A DNA stretch of 58,981 nucleotides. Origin: a virus (lineage: Duplodnaviria; Caudoviricetes). Positions within the stretch are counted from its first letter, which is position 1; each line of letters starts with the position of its first letter. The stretch spans positions 1 to 58,981 of the IMG/VR virus record IMGVR_UViG_3300031785_000001. The stretch is one strand, 5' to 3'. Of the stretch, positions 18,833 through 27,512 are shown piece by piece. A model generated the notes under the pieces. It was not told the origin of the DNA. It did not search any database and saw only the letters and a program-made list of their open reading frames with translations. The translations under genes were made by a program, and so were the position numbers.

Positions 18833-20947
18833 TTATCCTAAAGCTACCGCCATAGCTACAGACCTTGAGTCTATATATACGGCATCTGAGTTTTGGTCAG
18901 TCCTGACCTTTGCTCCTCCAAGTCCATAAAATTGTAATGAGTCTGCACCATTATCTGCCGTGATGTCGTCCGTATCGCCACTTGTTCTTTCATCACCTAA
19001 GATTGTTGTGAAGGCAGTACCTACCGCTTGTGCAGTTGCGGCATAGTGTTTTGCTGAGTATTCAATATTTCCATCACTGTCTGTAAATGTGGAATTAACC
19101 CCGTGCGTTGCATATTTTTTTGCATCGTCTGCATAATCGTCAGCTTGAAGTATTTGTGTCATATATGAGGCGATAGTATTTAAGCCAGATATATTTGTTC
19201 CGATTGATGCTATAGCAGTCGCATTATTAGCAGTCGTTGTAACATCAGAAGAAATTCCAGATAGTGTCTGAATGTGATTTAAGTTGCTCGCAACATTATT
19301 AACATCAGTAATAGATTGCCCCACCAATGTCACATCGTTACCAGTTCCTACATAAGGAGCTACTGTGTTTACATTGGCTATATCACTAGCAACAGTGTTA
19401 ACACTTGATATGCTATTAGCGAGAGTAACAATGTTAGCTATATTTGCGCCAAGAGGTGTAATAGACGCTAAGTTTGAATGAAGACCTGTTAAAGCATTAG
19501 TTGCTGTTGTTCCGTCTTCAATATCCGCTAATGCGGATATTTTTGAATTTATACCTGCTAATGTATTTACATCTGCAATACTGTTACCAACAGTTACAAC
19601 AGAAGACCAGTTAGCATTATTAGCAAGACTTGTTACTGCTGATATATTTGTTCCTACAGTATTAACATTTGCTATGTTTGTTGCGACTGTGTCTATCTCA
19701 GATAACGACTCTAATAAATCGTTAGCTACTTCAGTAACTTTTGAAATGTTTGTTGCGACAGTATTAACAGCAGTAATATTTGTGGCTACTGTTTGAACAT
19801 TGCCAATTCCTGAAGCTACGATTGTTATGTCTTGACCTGAACCAACCTTAGCGGCAACTGTTGTAATGTCTGAAAGATTTGTTACAACATCATTGACATC
19901 ACTAATGTTAGAGGCAACCGTTCCTACATTCGTTATTCCAGCACTTACTGTATTAATTGCTGGTAAGTTTGTAGCTACAGTGTTTACATTTGCGATAGAA
20001 CCGCCAACATTATTTACATTAACAGTGTCAGCCGCGACTGTGTTTACATCAGCTATATTTGTAGCAACCGTATTTACATTAGCTATATCGGTTGCAACTA
20101 TATTTACATTGCCTATTGAAGGAGCAACGGTGCTTGCTGTTGTTGTTATCGCTGTGTCTATAGAGGCTAATAAATCTAAGTTGTGGTCTTTTACATTTAT
20201 CGAATCACCCATTCCTGAGTGAGCAGTACAATAATAGTGAAGAGAATTAGGCGCATCAGAAGCTACAACAATCTCTATTTTTGCTCCAGTTGTACCTTGA
20301 GTTCCTGTTACTGTGACCCCATTTGTATACTGGGACGCAGGACTATTATTTGCGTTATTTGAAAACCTAAACGGATGCGTAGATAAAGAAGAATCTGATA
20401 AATCAAATGTATATGTCCAACTTCGTTTAAATTCTATGGCTGGGCTTGCTACTCCATCTAAATAAAATTCTCCGCCAGACGCTGTAACTGTATAAGTTTT
20501 TGTTCCTGCAATTTGACCAGAAACTGTGTTTACATTCGTAATACTTCCAGCAACTAGGTTTACATTATCAATACTGTTAAGTATTGGCATAACGGCTGTG
20601 TGAGCCGCTTGAGCTTGCGTCTTGGCTGTTTCTGCCGCGTTCTTATAAGCTAATGCGTCTGCTACATATTGAGCAAAATCAGTAAATGTAATTGTTGTCC
20701 AGCCAGTGTCTGCGTTTACAAACTGCCCTACCCTTACTTGGAAGTAGCCCGGATTACTTGGGTCTTCTCTAAACTGGAATAAGTCACTTCTAAATACGCC
20801 TGTAGTACTATTGAATAAATCTCCCAGCATATCTGAGAGAGTTCTGTTTCCTTTCTCAGCCGCTTCTAGGTAATCATCAAGGATGTGGTCCCCTGATTTA
20901 GAGGACAAGAAGCGTAGCTGTTCACCAATAGGTCTAGTTTGAGCCAT
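18833..20947 (-). CDS. Long tail fibre with cupredoxin-like domain and 14-aa IxNVNTVA repeats
   Basis: HPFRFS...LHYYCTAHSGMG; heptad-like repeats; C-terminal AMAVALG. Confidence 0.75.
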   Translation of the reverse strand: MAQTRPIGEQLRFLSSKSGDHILDDYLEAAEKGNRTLSDMLGDLFNSTTGVFRSDLFQFREDPSNPGYFQVRVGQFVNADTGWTTITFTDFAQYVADALAYKNAAETAKTQAQAAHTAVMPILNSIDNVNLVAGSITNVNTVSGQIAGTKTYTVTASGGEFYLDGVASPAIEFKRSWTYTFDLSDSSLSTHPFRFSNNANNSPASQYTNGVTVTGTQGTTGAKIEIVVASDAPNSLHYYCTAHSGMGDSINVKDHNLDLLASIDTAITTTASTVAPSIGNVNIVATDIANVNTVATNIADVNTVAADTVNVNNVGGSIANVNTVATNLPAINTVSAGITNVGTVASNISDVNDVVTNLSDITTVAAKVGSGQDITIVASGIGNVQTVATNITAVNTVATNISKVTEVANDLLESLSEIDTVATNIANVNTVGTNISAVTSLANNANWSSVVTVGNSIADVNTLAGINSKISALADIEDGTTATNALTGLHSNLASITPLGANIANIVTLANSISSVNTVASDIANVNTVAPYVGTGNDVTLVGQSITDVNNVASNLNHIQTLSGISSDVTTTANNATAIASIGTNISGLNTIASYMTQILQADDYADDAKKYATHGVNSTFTDSDGNIEYSAKHYAATAQAVGTAFTTILGDERTSGDTDDITADNGADSLQFYGLGGAKVRTDQNSDAVYIDSRSVAMAVALG

Positions 20948-21377
20948 TCAATTTCTCCTCATTTATTATCTCTGTAATGATTCCTTTTGTAATACTGTAT
21001 TTCTCCTTCTCAAAATATCTGTGGAGCTTGCTTGTCATTTCATCAACAGAGATTTGGAAATTAGAAACTTGTTCGGACATTGAGTCTATTTCTTTTTTTA
21101 CTTCTTCTTTAAAAATTTCATTGACACTAGAGTCTGAGCCGAGTTTCGCGTCTATTATTTCTTTTGTGCGTATTGCTATTGTGTCTATACTATTTTTTAC
21201 CGCATCTACAGATTGGCTTAGTTGCACCATGTCTTTCTGAACGCCTGCAACTACACCTTCGTTTTCCTTCAACTTGAGGATTAAGTCTTGTAGCTCTTTC
21301 ATGCTTTGCTCGACTGTCGCATTGACATAAGCGACTATCGCTGGTGACACATTCTTTTCTAGAATCTTTTTCGACAT
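20934..21377 (-). CDS. Coiled-coil hypothetical protein
   Basis: Coupled to the portal stop; heptad pattern. Confidence 0.6.
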   Translation of the reverse strand: MSKKILEKNVSPAIVAYVNATVEQSMKELQDLILKLKENEGVVAGVQKDMVQLSQSVDAVKNSIDTIAIRTKEIIDAKLGSDSSVNEIFKEEVKKEIDSMSEQVSNFQISVDEMTSKLHRYFEKEKYSITKGIITEIINEEKLNGSN

Positions 21378-23314
21378 TAAGCACCTCTCGCTTCAGACAT
21401 CGGTATGAGGTTTCCTTTTTCAATCTCATTATTAATCTGCCCTTCTGGTCTCACTGATGCCCCTCTTGCTTTTTCCATAAGCATCATTTGTTGAGAAGGA
21501 CTTGGACCCTGTTGCTGTAGTTTCTCTTGGCTTACTCTAAATCGGTCTAGGTCTGTAATACCCATAGCTCGGATTGCTTCCTCAGCTATTTGACCTGCGT
21601 CATACTCCATATTCAAACCTGTCTGGTTCATAATTTGGAGCATATTCATCCACGACTCGGCATTTCTTGTAGGCTCTAAAGGAAGAGTTCCATCAATAAC
21701 CAAGTAGTCAATATTACCCTGCAAATCTTTAGAAACATCGTAATCAAGGTATCCATCCTTCACCATACTTTCTAACTGATTTGGCATATTAGATGAATCA
21801 ATTTTTATAGAACCTTCAAGACTTAATGAATCCTGTATGTTTGCAACCATCATCCTTACCATTGGTCGGATTGTAGTAGCTGACATTATTCGAGATAGGA
21901 CTCCTAGTCTTTGTGAACCAAGTTGTGTTAACCTTGAAATCTCAGTAGCGGTTCTTATGCCGTCAGTTGTAGGCATACCTTGTTGCGCATCTGAAGCCGC
22001 ACTGACTCTTTGCTTTAGTTCAGCCATTTGAGCTATGTCTTGGAAATGACCTCTGGTTACATCTGGAACTTGAGCTATAAAAACTCCATCGCCCGGTTTG
22101 GTTCCCGGTAATGTCCTTACAATTCCCCAAGGATTACGGTCAATCAAATCGGGTATGGAGACCTGAGTCGGGTCTGCAAAAATAAGATTATTCAAAGCGG
22201 CACTAATATTATCTATACGACTTCTCATTAGGTAAGTCGCAATATCGTGCATAGGAAGAATTAAATCATACAGCGATTGACCATAAGTTTTATGGGCGTC
22301 TTGGTATAGACCTCCTATAACTATTGGGAACTGCTGACCATATGGATTTAATTGTAATCTAATGCAAACATTTTCATCCATGATGGTTACAACAAGATAT
22401 ATCTGCTCAATGCTAGGTATACCTATTTCATGTCCTGTTAACTTTACCCATGCTTCATCTACAACTCTGGAATCTCCAAGAGTAAAGTAAGCATGGTCTG
22501 CTCGCTCTCTTTGATTAGGAGATGCGGGGTCTATAGAAAGACCCCTTCCCTCATCCCTATGCCAATGGTGTGCGTTCCATCCTTGTCTAGGTGGTGACAT
22601 CCTTTTTCTTAAGGCTGGAAATTTTTTCAACTTCGGGTATAGCCCTGTATTTACCAGAGAGTTGAAAGAGGCATAGTCTGCGAATACTATAAACTGCATG
22701 TTGTCCCAATCACCCCAATTAACTCTTGGGTCTGGGAAACATCTTCGTGGGTCGAAATTAACTAATTGGTTTTGGTTAGTCTTAGCGTCCCAAGAAACCT
22801 TTGTAGGAGCAAAGCCATATCTAATACTGTCAAGTAGAAGTTGTGCAAGACGAGCCTCTCCTGCTGTCCTTCTCATTTGTTGATGAAGAACTCTTTCAAG
22901 TATTAAAGCTGACTCTCTAGACTTTCTATTTAAACCTTCAAGCTGGAACATTGGGTTTCGTCCACCCAAAGCCGCCATTAGATATGTAAGAACTGTATCA
23001 CTGATTGCGCGAGTATCAGCAATAACTGCTTTTTCTCGGAACTCAGTTGCATCTGGTGGCACATATACATCGTGTGCGCGGTCTGCCTCTTTCCAATGAG
23101 GATACCTTTTCTGAATCTTGCCATGAGACATGTCCATCATAGACTTTACATAATCTACGATTCTTCTTTCTTGTTCATCATTTAATAAATGAGAGATGTC
23201 ATCATAATTCACAAGCTGTTCAGCATACTCAGATAAATCAACAATAATCCCTTCTCTATCGCTACCAGTGTACTCTGCATTACGATAGCCTGCGCTACTA
23301 TTCATTTCCGCCAT
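21377..23314 (-). CDS. Portal protein
   Basis: ~645 aa immediately after terminase; DSIRYGFAPTKVSW, RTATEI motifs; start set at MAEMN after AGGTGG. Confidence 0.85.
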   Translation of the reverse strand: MAEMNSSAGYRNAEYTGSDREGIIVDLSEYAEQLVNYDDISHLLNDEQERRIVDYVKSMMDMSHGKIQKRYPHWKEADRAHDVYVPPDATEFREKAVIADTRAISDTVLTYLMAALGGRNPMFQLEGLNRKSRESALILERVLHQQMRRTAGEARLAQLLLDSIRYGFAPTKVSWDAKTNQNQLVNFDPRRCFPDPRVNWGDWDNMQFIVFADYASFNSLVNTGLYPKLKKFPALRKRMSPPRQGWNAHHWHRDEGRGLSIDPASPNQRERADHAYFTLGDSRVVDEAWVKLTGHEIGIPSIEQIYLVVTIMDENVCIRLQLNPYGQQFPIVIGGLYQDAHKTYGQSLYDLILPMHDIATYLMRSRIDNISAALNNLIFADPTQVSIPDLIDRNPWGIVRTLPGTKPGDGVFIAQVPDVTRGHFQDIAQMAELKQRVSAASDAQQGMPTTDGIRTATEISRLTQLGSQRLGVLSRIMSATTIRPMVRMMVANIQDSLSLEGSIKIDSSNMPNQLESMVKDGYLDYDVSKDLQGNIDYLVIDGTLPLEPTRNAESWMNMLQIMNQTGLNMEYDAGQIAEEAIRAMGITDLDRFRVSQEKLQQQGPSPSQQMMLMEKARGASVRPEGQINNEIEKGNLIPMSEARGA

Positions 23315-23343
23315 ATTAATGCCCACCTATAATTACATGTGTA

Positions 23344-23374
23344 AAGATAACCGTTGAGATGCATTTGGTCGTCC
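23344..23374 (-). promoter_or_regulatory. Candidate late promoter GGACGACC-N17-TATCTT upstream of portal
   Basis: Motif family member. Confidence 0.5.
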
Positions 23375-23375
23375 T

Positions 23376-25004
23376 TTACATTAATCCCCAGCCTTGCCAT
23401 GTTGCTTTTGCTTTCTTAACTGTGTCTGCTAATGATTTACCCAAATCTTTATCCCTGTTGTTATTCAAAGATAGCTGTGGGTTTGCATGCATTTCCCATG
23501 CGTCTGGAGAGACAGCAGTTCTAGATAAAACATCTAAAGCAATAGTCATGGCGTCCACTTGGTCGTCATGGTTGCCGTTTGGAAAAGAAACACTCTCATC
23601 TATAAACGCATCGAGCCAAGGTGCTTCTTCTGGAATAAAGACTCTACCTCCTTCTATGAGAGGGAGAATCGTATTTGTTCTTGCTACTTTATCAGTATTC
23701 ACTTTATATGGAATAACAGATACGCCAGATTCTCTTTTCATTTCTTGTATAAGAGATTGACCACTGGCTTTATCTTCTATGTACATACCTCGGAGACCTT
23801 TGCCTCGCCATACATTATTAAGTCTTATTATTCTTTGTTTAAGTTCTGGAAAGTCATACTTGCCTCGCATTATGTCAACAAGGTATATGTCTCCGTTCTT
23901 ATCCATTCCAGCAACTACAGCAACGCTGTAGTCTGCTGTTTCTGTTTTCTTGAACGCTGTATCAACCCCTATAACTAAAGTGACAAAATTTTCTGGAGAT
24001 AAATCTACTGGGTACTTTCGCCACCATTCTGTTTTTATTAAGTTACCCCCTTCTATGTATGGTTGTTGCTGATACAGGGAAGCGAACTCTCGTGGGTTTA
24101 AGCGTTCTCTTCTTTTTAAGTCTGTTAAAGGAAAGCGTTCTTCCCATAAGGATTCTTCTTTTTCTGTTTCTATGTATCTCTTTTTGTGGGATAGATTTCT
24201 AAACTCATCTGGAGTCACCCAGTTGGGGTCATCTTCTTCTAAATGCCGTCTTGATATTTTCCCAGACTTAACTTTTTTTATAGCTGGAAAGTTGATGTGC
24301 TTCCATCTGCCTTCTTTCCAGTCTTCTGTATCCATAAGACGCCCAGCAAGGTCATCTGGATGCCAGCGAGTTAGGATTACTATTTGTTTAGGCGTTGTCC
24401 CATCATGCTCTGGCTGAAGACGAGTTGCTAATGCTGATGTGTAATAGTTCCATGTCTTGTTACGCTGGGTCATAGACTCAGCATCCTCACGAGACTTGAT
24501 AGGGTCATCCACTATTAATAAGTTTGCAGGACGACCTGATGTTGTACCTCCTACGCCAACAGCAAAATACGCACCGCCTTCTTCAGTTCGCCATACATCT
24601 GCCGCTCTAGACTCCTGTGAAAGTCTAAATGTTTCAAATGCCTGTGTAATTTGTTTCTGCTCTATGATTCCCCGAACTTGTCTACCAAAGTCTGTAGCAA
24701 GCTGGCTGTTATATGAGCAAGACATAATATATCTGTTAGGATTCCTAGCCATATACCAGCAGGGGAACAGCATTGTAGAGAATGTAGACTTTGCATGTCT
24801 TGGCGGCATGGTTATTAAAAGGTTGTCTGCGTCTAGCGAACCTTTTTCTAGTCTATCTAGGGCGTCTATTAGCTCTAACTGAAAGTCAGCTATTTCCCAT
24901 TCTGGATAAATTAGTTTTACAAATCCTAAGAATCCGTCTTGGGCGTCTTTAAGCGTTAATAGGTATTTAGCTACCTGAGCTTGTGATAATTTTGCTTTCT
25001 TCAT
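23376..25004 (-). CDS. terL: Terminase large subunit
   Basis: MPPRHAKS Walker A, LLIVDDP Walker B, TRWHPDDL, LYQQ, VDTA, FPNGNHDDQVDA. Confidence 0.95.
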   Translation of the reverse strand: MKKAKLSQAQVAKYLLTLKDAQDGFLGFVKLIYPEWEIADFQLELIDALDRLEKGSLDADNLLITMPPRHAKSTFSTMLFPCWYMARNPNRYIMSCSYNSQLATDFGRQVRGIIEQKQITQAFETFRLSQESRAADVWRTEEGGAYFAVGVGGTTSGRPANLLIVDDPIKSREDAESMTQRNKTWNYYTSALATRLQPEHDGTTPKQIVILTRWHPDDLAGRLMDTEDWKEGRWKHINFPAIKKVKSGKISRRHLEEDDPNWVTPDEFRNLSHKKRYIETEKEESLWEERFPLTDLKRRERLNPREFASLYQQQPYIEGGNLIKTEWWRKYPVDLSPENFVTLVIGVDTAFKKTETADYSVAVVAGMDKNGDIYLVDIMRGKYDFPELKQRIIRLNNVWRGKGLRGMYIEDKASGQSLIQEMKRESGVSVIPYKVNTDKVARTNTILPLIEGGRVFIPEEAPWLDAFIDESVSFPNGNHDDQVDAMTIALDVLSRTAVSPDAWEMHANPQLSLNNNRDKDLGKSLADTVKKAKATWQGWGLM

Positions 25005-25327
25005 TTCGTTGGCTTATGCATAAATGCAGTAGCTCCCATATATGTTCCAACTATTCCACACATAGAGAAATAGAATAAGCCAAGTAAGTCTGAAAGAGCA
25101 GATACTCTCTCATCAGATATGATAGGGGTAAACAAAGTTATGGTTACTACAACCATAATAAGTATTGCCAACCAAGCCATCATCTTTTGTGCTTCAGATT
25201 TTTCCTCACGAAGCTCTATATCTACCATCTCTTTAGAACGAGCTATCTCATCATCTGTAACAATGCCATCTTCATCTAAATCAAACTCGTTATACTTGGA
25301 TTTAACTTGTAGTTTTTTAGGAGTCAC
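25001..25327 (-). CDS. EF-hand-loop two-TM membrane protein
   Basis: DLDEDGIVTDDE 12-residue loop; two hydrophobic helices. Confidence 0.6.
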   Translation of the reverse strand: MTPKKLQVKSKYNEFDLDEDGIVTDDEIARSKEMVDIELREEKSEAQKMMAWLAILIMVVVTITLFTPIISDERVSALSDLLGLFYFSMCGIVGTYMGATAFMHKPTK

Positions 25328-25542
25328 TTTTTATTCCTCATTAGTCTGGATATATGGATTATTTGAGCCTGCTCTTTGTCTTTAATTGTGTCAGCCATAA
25401 CTTTCATTAAATGGTCCATTATGGCTTTGCTTCTATTATGCTCTGGAACGCCATCTAAGTTAAGTTGCGACATAGCTTTTCCGAAATCGTGGACAGTTAT
25501 ATTTGTTTCAAGTGCGTCAGCTTCCTGATTCTTTATCTTCAT
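25324..25542 (-). CDS. Hypothetical protein
   Basis: GGAGG RBS, coupled overlaps. Confidence 0.6.
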   Translation of the reverse strand: MKIKNQEADALETNITVHDFGKAMSQLNLDGVPEHNRSKAIMDHLMKVMADTIKDKEQAQIIHISRLMRNKK

Positions 25543-26011
25543 TCTTTACCTCCAATGCTTCTACTTCTATAGAAGATATACCAGAAGCTATAGCCTCTAA
25601 ATCTTCCCTAGATAGTTCTGTTATTTGCTTTGTCGTGTGTTCATGTTGAACAAACGATGCATTTAAGTCTGGTATTACCTTATTAAGAAGTATTCCAAAC
25701 ACCCTAGCCTGAGTTGGGTTCCATTCAATGCCTCCCATAACCACAGAATGAGCGTCTTTTATTTGGTCAGTTACATAAGTTGCTATTTGACCTCTTATTT
25801 TTGCTGATTCAGCCGGGGTTAGTTTTTCTTTTTGTACAAGTGATGTCATTTCTTCAGCCTTTCTAATATTGGGTGATAACTTTCTACATTCCATTGAGCA
25901 ATATTTTCTTCTTTCTTTATGGCTTGCTTTAGTTTTGAACTTCTTTTTGCAAGTAGCACATGTAATTTCAACAGAGTTCTGAACTTTATCCTCTTCATCT
26001 AGCGTTTTCAA
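25517..26011 (-). CDS. Probable terminase small subunit with N-terminal Zn ribbon
   Basis: CxxC...YCSxxC; TQARVFGILLNKVIPDL and ELSREDL motifs; upstream of terL. Confidence 0.6.
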   Translation of the reverse strand: MKTLDEEDKVQNSVEITCATCKKKFKTKASHKERRKYCSMECRKLSPNIRKAEEMTSLVQKEKLTPAESAKIRGQIATYVTDQIKDAHSVVMGGIEWNPTQARVFGILLNKVIPDLNASFVQHEHTTKQITELSREDLEAIASGISSIEVEALEVKNEDKESGS

Positions 26012-26039
26012 AATTTGCTCCGCTTAGTAGAGCCGTAGG

Positions 26040-26300
26040 GGAGGTGGCGATTTGGCGAAAACGGACGCGGGCGGGGACGCCCCGCCCCCCACTGCGCAGA
26101 ATCGGGCATATCCTAGTCCCAAAAGCCCGCAAACCCTTGATTTCCCTAGGTTTTCCGTCCCTTGTTAAGGGATTTTTAGCCCTTCTCGCGTGTATGCAAG
26201 ACGCAGGCGTTTTGAGTTCCTTGCTCGCAAGACCGATTTCGATAGGTTTTTCGCGCATGAGTGTAACCATTTCAGCAACTTAGCACCAAAGCCGAGGTCA
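26040..26300. other. Candidate packaging-initiation/genome-end region
   Basis: GC-rich divergence point; GGGCGGGG-ACG-CCCCGCCC palindrome (26069-26087); exact IHF consensus on minus strand at 26130-26142. Confidence 0.45.
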
Positions 26301-26308
26301 GGTCGTCC
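26277..26308 (-). promoter_or_regulatory. Candidate late promoter GGACGACC-N18-TAAGTT heading the packaging operon
   Basis: Motif family member. Confidence 0.45.
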
Positions 26309-26315
26309 CACGCGT

Positions 26316-26341
26316 AGTCCCGAAGGGACTTAAGGGGTGAG
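26316..26341 (+). promoter_or_regulatory. Early motif copy A: AGTCCC-GAA-GGGACT hairpin / AAGGGACTTA-N4-GTGAG
   Basis: Repeated at 28230-28248. Confidence 0.4.
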
Positions 26342-26359
26342 CCGACAGCAAGTCGGATT

Positions 26360-26394
26360 GCCCTCGCTGTGTGCGGAGGGTTCAAACGCACACA
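26360..26394 (+). promoter_or_regulatory. H-type RNA pseudoknot in leader of first early gene
   Basis: S1 GCCCUC/GAGGGU, S2 UGUGUGCG/CGCACACA. Confidence 0.5.
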
Positions 26395-26413
26395 CATTCA
26401 CAGGAGGTTCCAA

Positions 26414-26794
26414 ATGGAATCACAATCAGCGAAACAGTGCGCGCAAGCGTATGTGGACGCGAAAACCGCGTCTGCGAAGAAGAAAATCCTCACACAGGTA
26501 GGCGCGAAAGCCAAGACCTCGAAGCGAGTAAGGTGGTCACGCCTTCACGCGGACATGGTCGCAGGAGACGAAACTCGCATACTCGCGAGAGCGACAGGCG
26601 ACTGGTCAAAGGTCGAGCGCAAGCCCGCGAAAGCGAAGCCAACGGCTTCGGCAAAGCCGAAAGCTAAGGCAAAGCCAAGCGCGGATGTGAGCGTGATTAA
26701 CGCACTAGCGCAAGAGTTAGCCGACTCAGGCGCGGATGAGCAAGCGCAACTAGCGTTCCTACGCGTTGCAACGAAGTTGCTCAAGAAGTCCTAA
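26414..26794 (+). CDS. Basic Lys/Ala-rich early protein (126 aa)
   Basis: AGGAGG RBS then ATG 26414; PAKAKPTASAKPKAKAKP linker; own terminator. Confidence 0.75.
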   Translation: MESQSAKQCAQAYVDAKTASAKKKILTQVGAKAKTSKRVRWSRLHADMVAGDETRILARATGDWSKVERKPAKAKPTASAKPKAKAKPSADVSVINALAQELADSGADEQAQLAFLRVATKLLKKS

Positions 26795-26802
26795 CTCCCA
26801 AG

Positions 26803-26851
26803 ACGCAAGTGAGGGCGCAAGCCCTCGCTTGTGTGTTTTTTTGTTTTTTTT
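26803..26851 (+). terminator. Intrinsic terminator
   Basis: ACGCAAGTGAGGGC-GCAA-GCCCTCGCTTGTGT then long T tracts. Confidence 0.85.
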
Positions 26852-26872
26852 CATGCGCAATAGGAGACAGCT

Positions 26873-27079
26873 ATGCGAGTAAACAACGAGCGAACAAGAA
26901 CGATACTTTCGGCTATCGGCTATGTCGCGTTCACAGTCCTCTTCGGGCTGTTCATGGGCGTGATAGTCGTTGAATGGCTAGTAGGTTGTGGAGAGAAAAT
27001 CTACTACGCGGACGGAACATGGGTAACAGGCGAATGTATTTTTGTCCCATACGAGCCAACAACAGGCGAGTGGGGTTAA
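26873..27079 (+). CDS. Small membrane protein
   Basis: AGGAG RBS; one TM helix then GCGE..YYADGTWVTGEC. Confidence 0.75.
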   Translation: MRVNNERTRTILSAIGYVAFTVLFGLFMGVIVVEWLVGCGEKIYYADGTWVTGECIFVPYEPTTGEWG

Positions 27080-27145
27080 GACGAAATCCGCCCAATCGGG
27101 CGGGTAAGTGTGGTGTGAGAGACCACGCTCTGATGAGTCATCTCA
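27080..27145 (+). ncRNA. Type II hammerhead ribozyme with loop I-3' tail pseudoknot
   Basis: GAC-GAAA-[UCCGCCC aauc GGGCGGG]-UA^-[AGUGUGGU gugagag ACCACGCU]-CUGAUGA-GUC-A-UCUCA; complete catalytic core. Confidence 0.92.
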
Positions 27146-27165
27146 ACTAGCAAATGGAGGTGCTA

Positions 27166-27501
27166 ATGCACATTCAATTTATCGCATGGTCGAGCGAGAA
27201 TCGACCAAACAACGAGTGGCGAACGATACAAACAGGCGACATCAGTCCTGAGTTTTCTCTAGACGAGAACGGACTTGAAGAAACTAGCTTGTCTTGGTTC
27301 TTCGCAACCAAGTTTGATGAGCGAGGCAGTATCAACCCTGACGCAGAGCCTTGCGAGTCTTTTAACAACAACCCAATCATCTTACACGAGGGAGACATAC
27401 GAGAATTATCTCGCATGCCTAGTGCGTCAAGAGATTTTATCGAATTTGCCAAGAGTGCTATGGCAGACGATAAATGCGTGTATGTAGATGTATCTTGGTA
27501 A
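27166..27501 (+). CDS. Acidic hypothetical early protein
   Basis: GGAGG RBS at 27156-27160, ATG 27166. Confidence 0.7.
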   Translation: MHIQFIAWSSENRPNNEWRTIQTGDISPEFSLDENGLEETSLSWFFATKFDERGSINPDAEPCESFNNNPIILHEGDIRELSRMPSASRDFIEFAKSAMADDKCVYVDVSW

Positions 27502-27512
27502 GGAGGGAAACT

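Noticed and set aside
14836-20947. Diversity-generating retroelement or invertible tail cassette
   Set aside because: No reverse transcriptase, TR/VR pair or flanking inverted repeats seen; repeats are diverged protein-level repeats
25995-26283. ORFs 25995-26270 (-) and 26044-26283 (+)
   Set aside because: GC-rich, signal-dense region with no convincing RBS; likely non-coding
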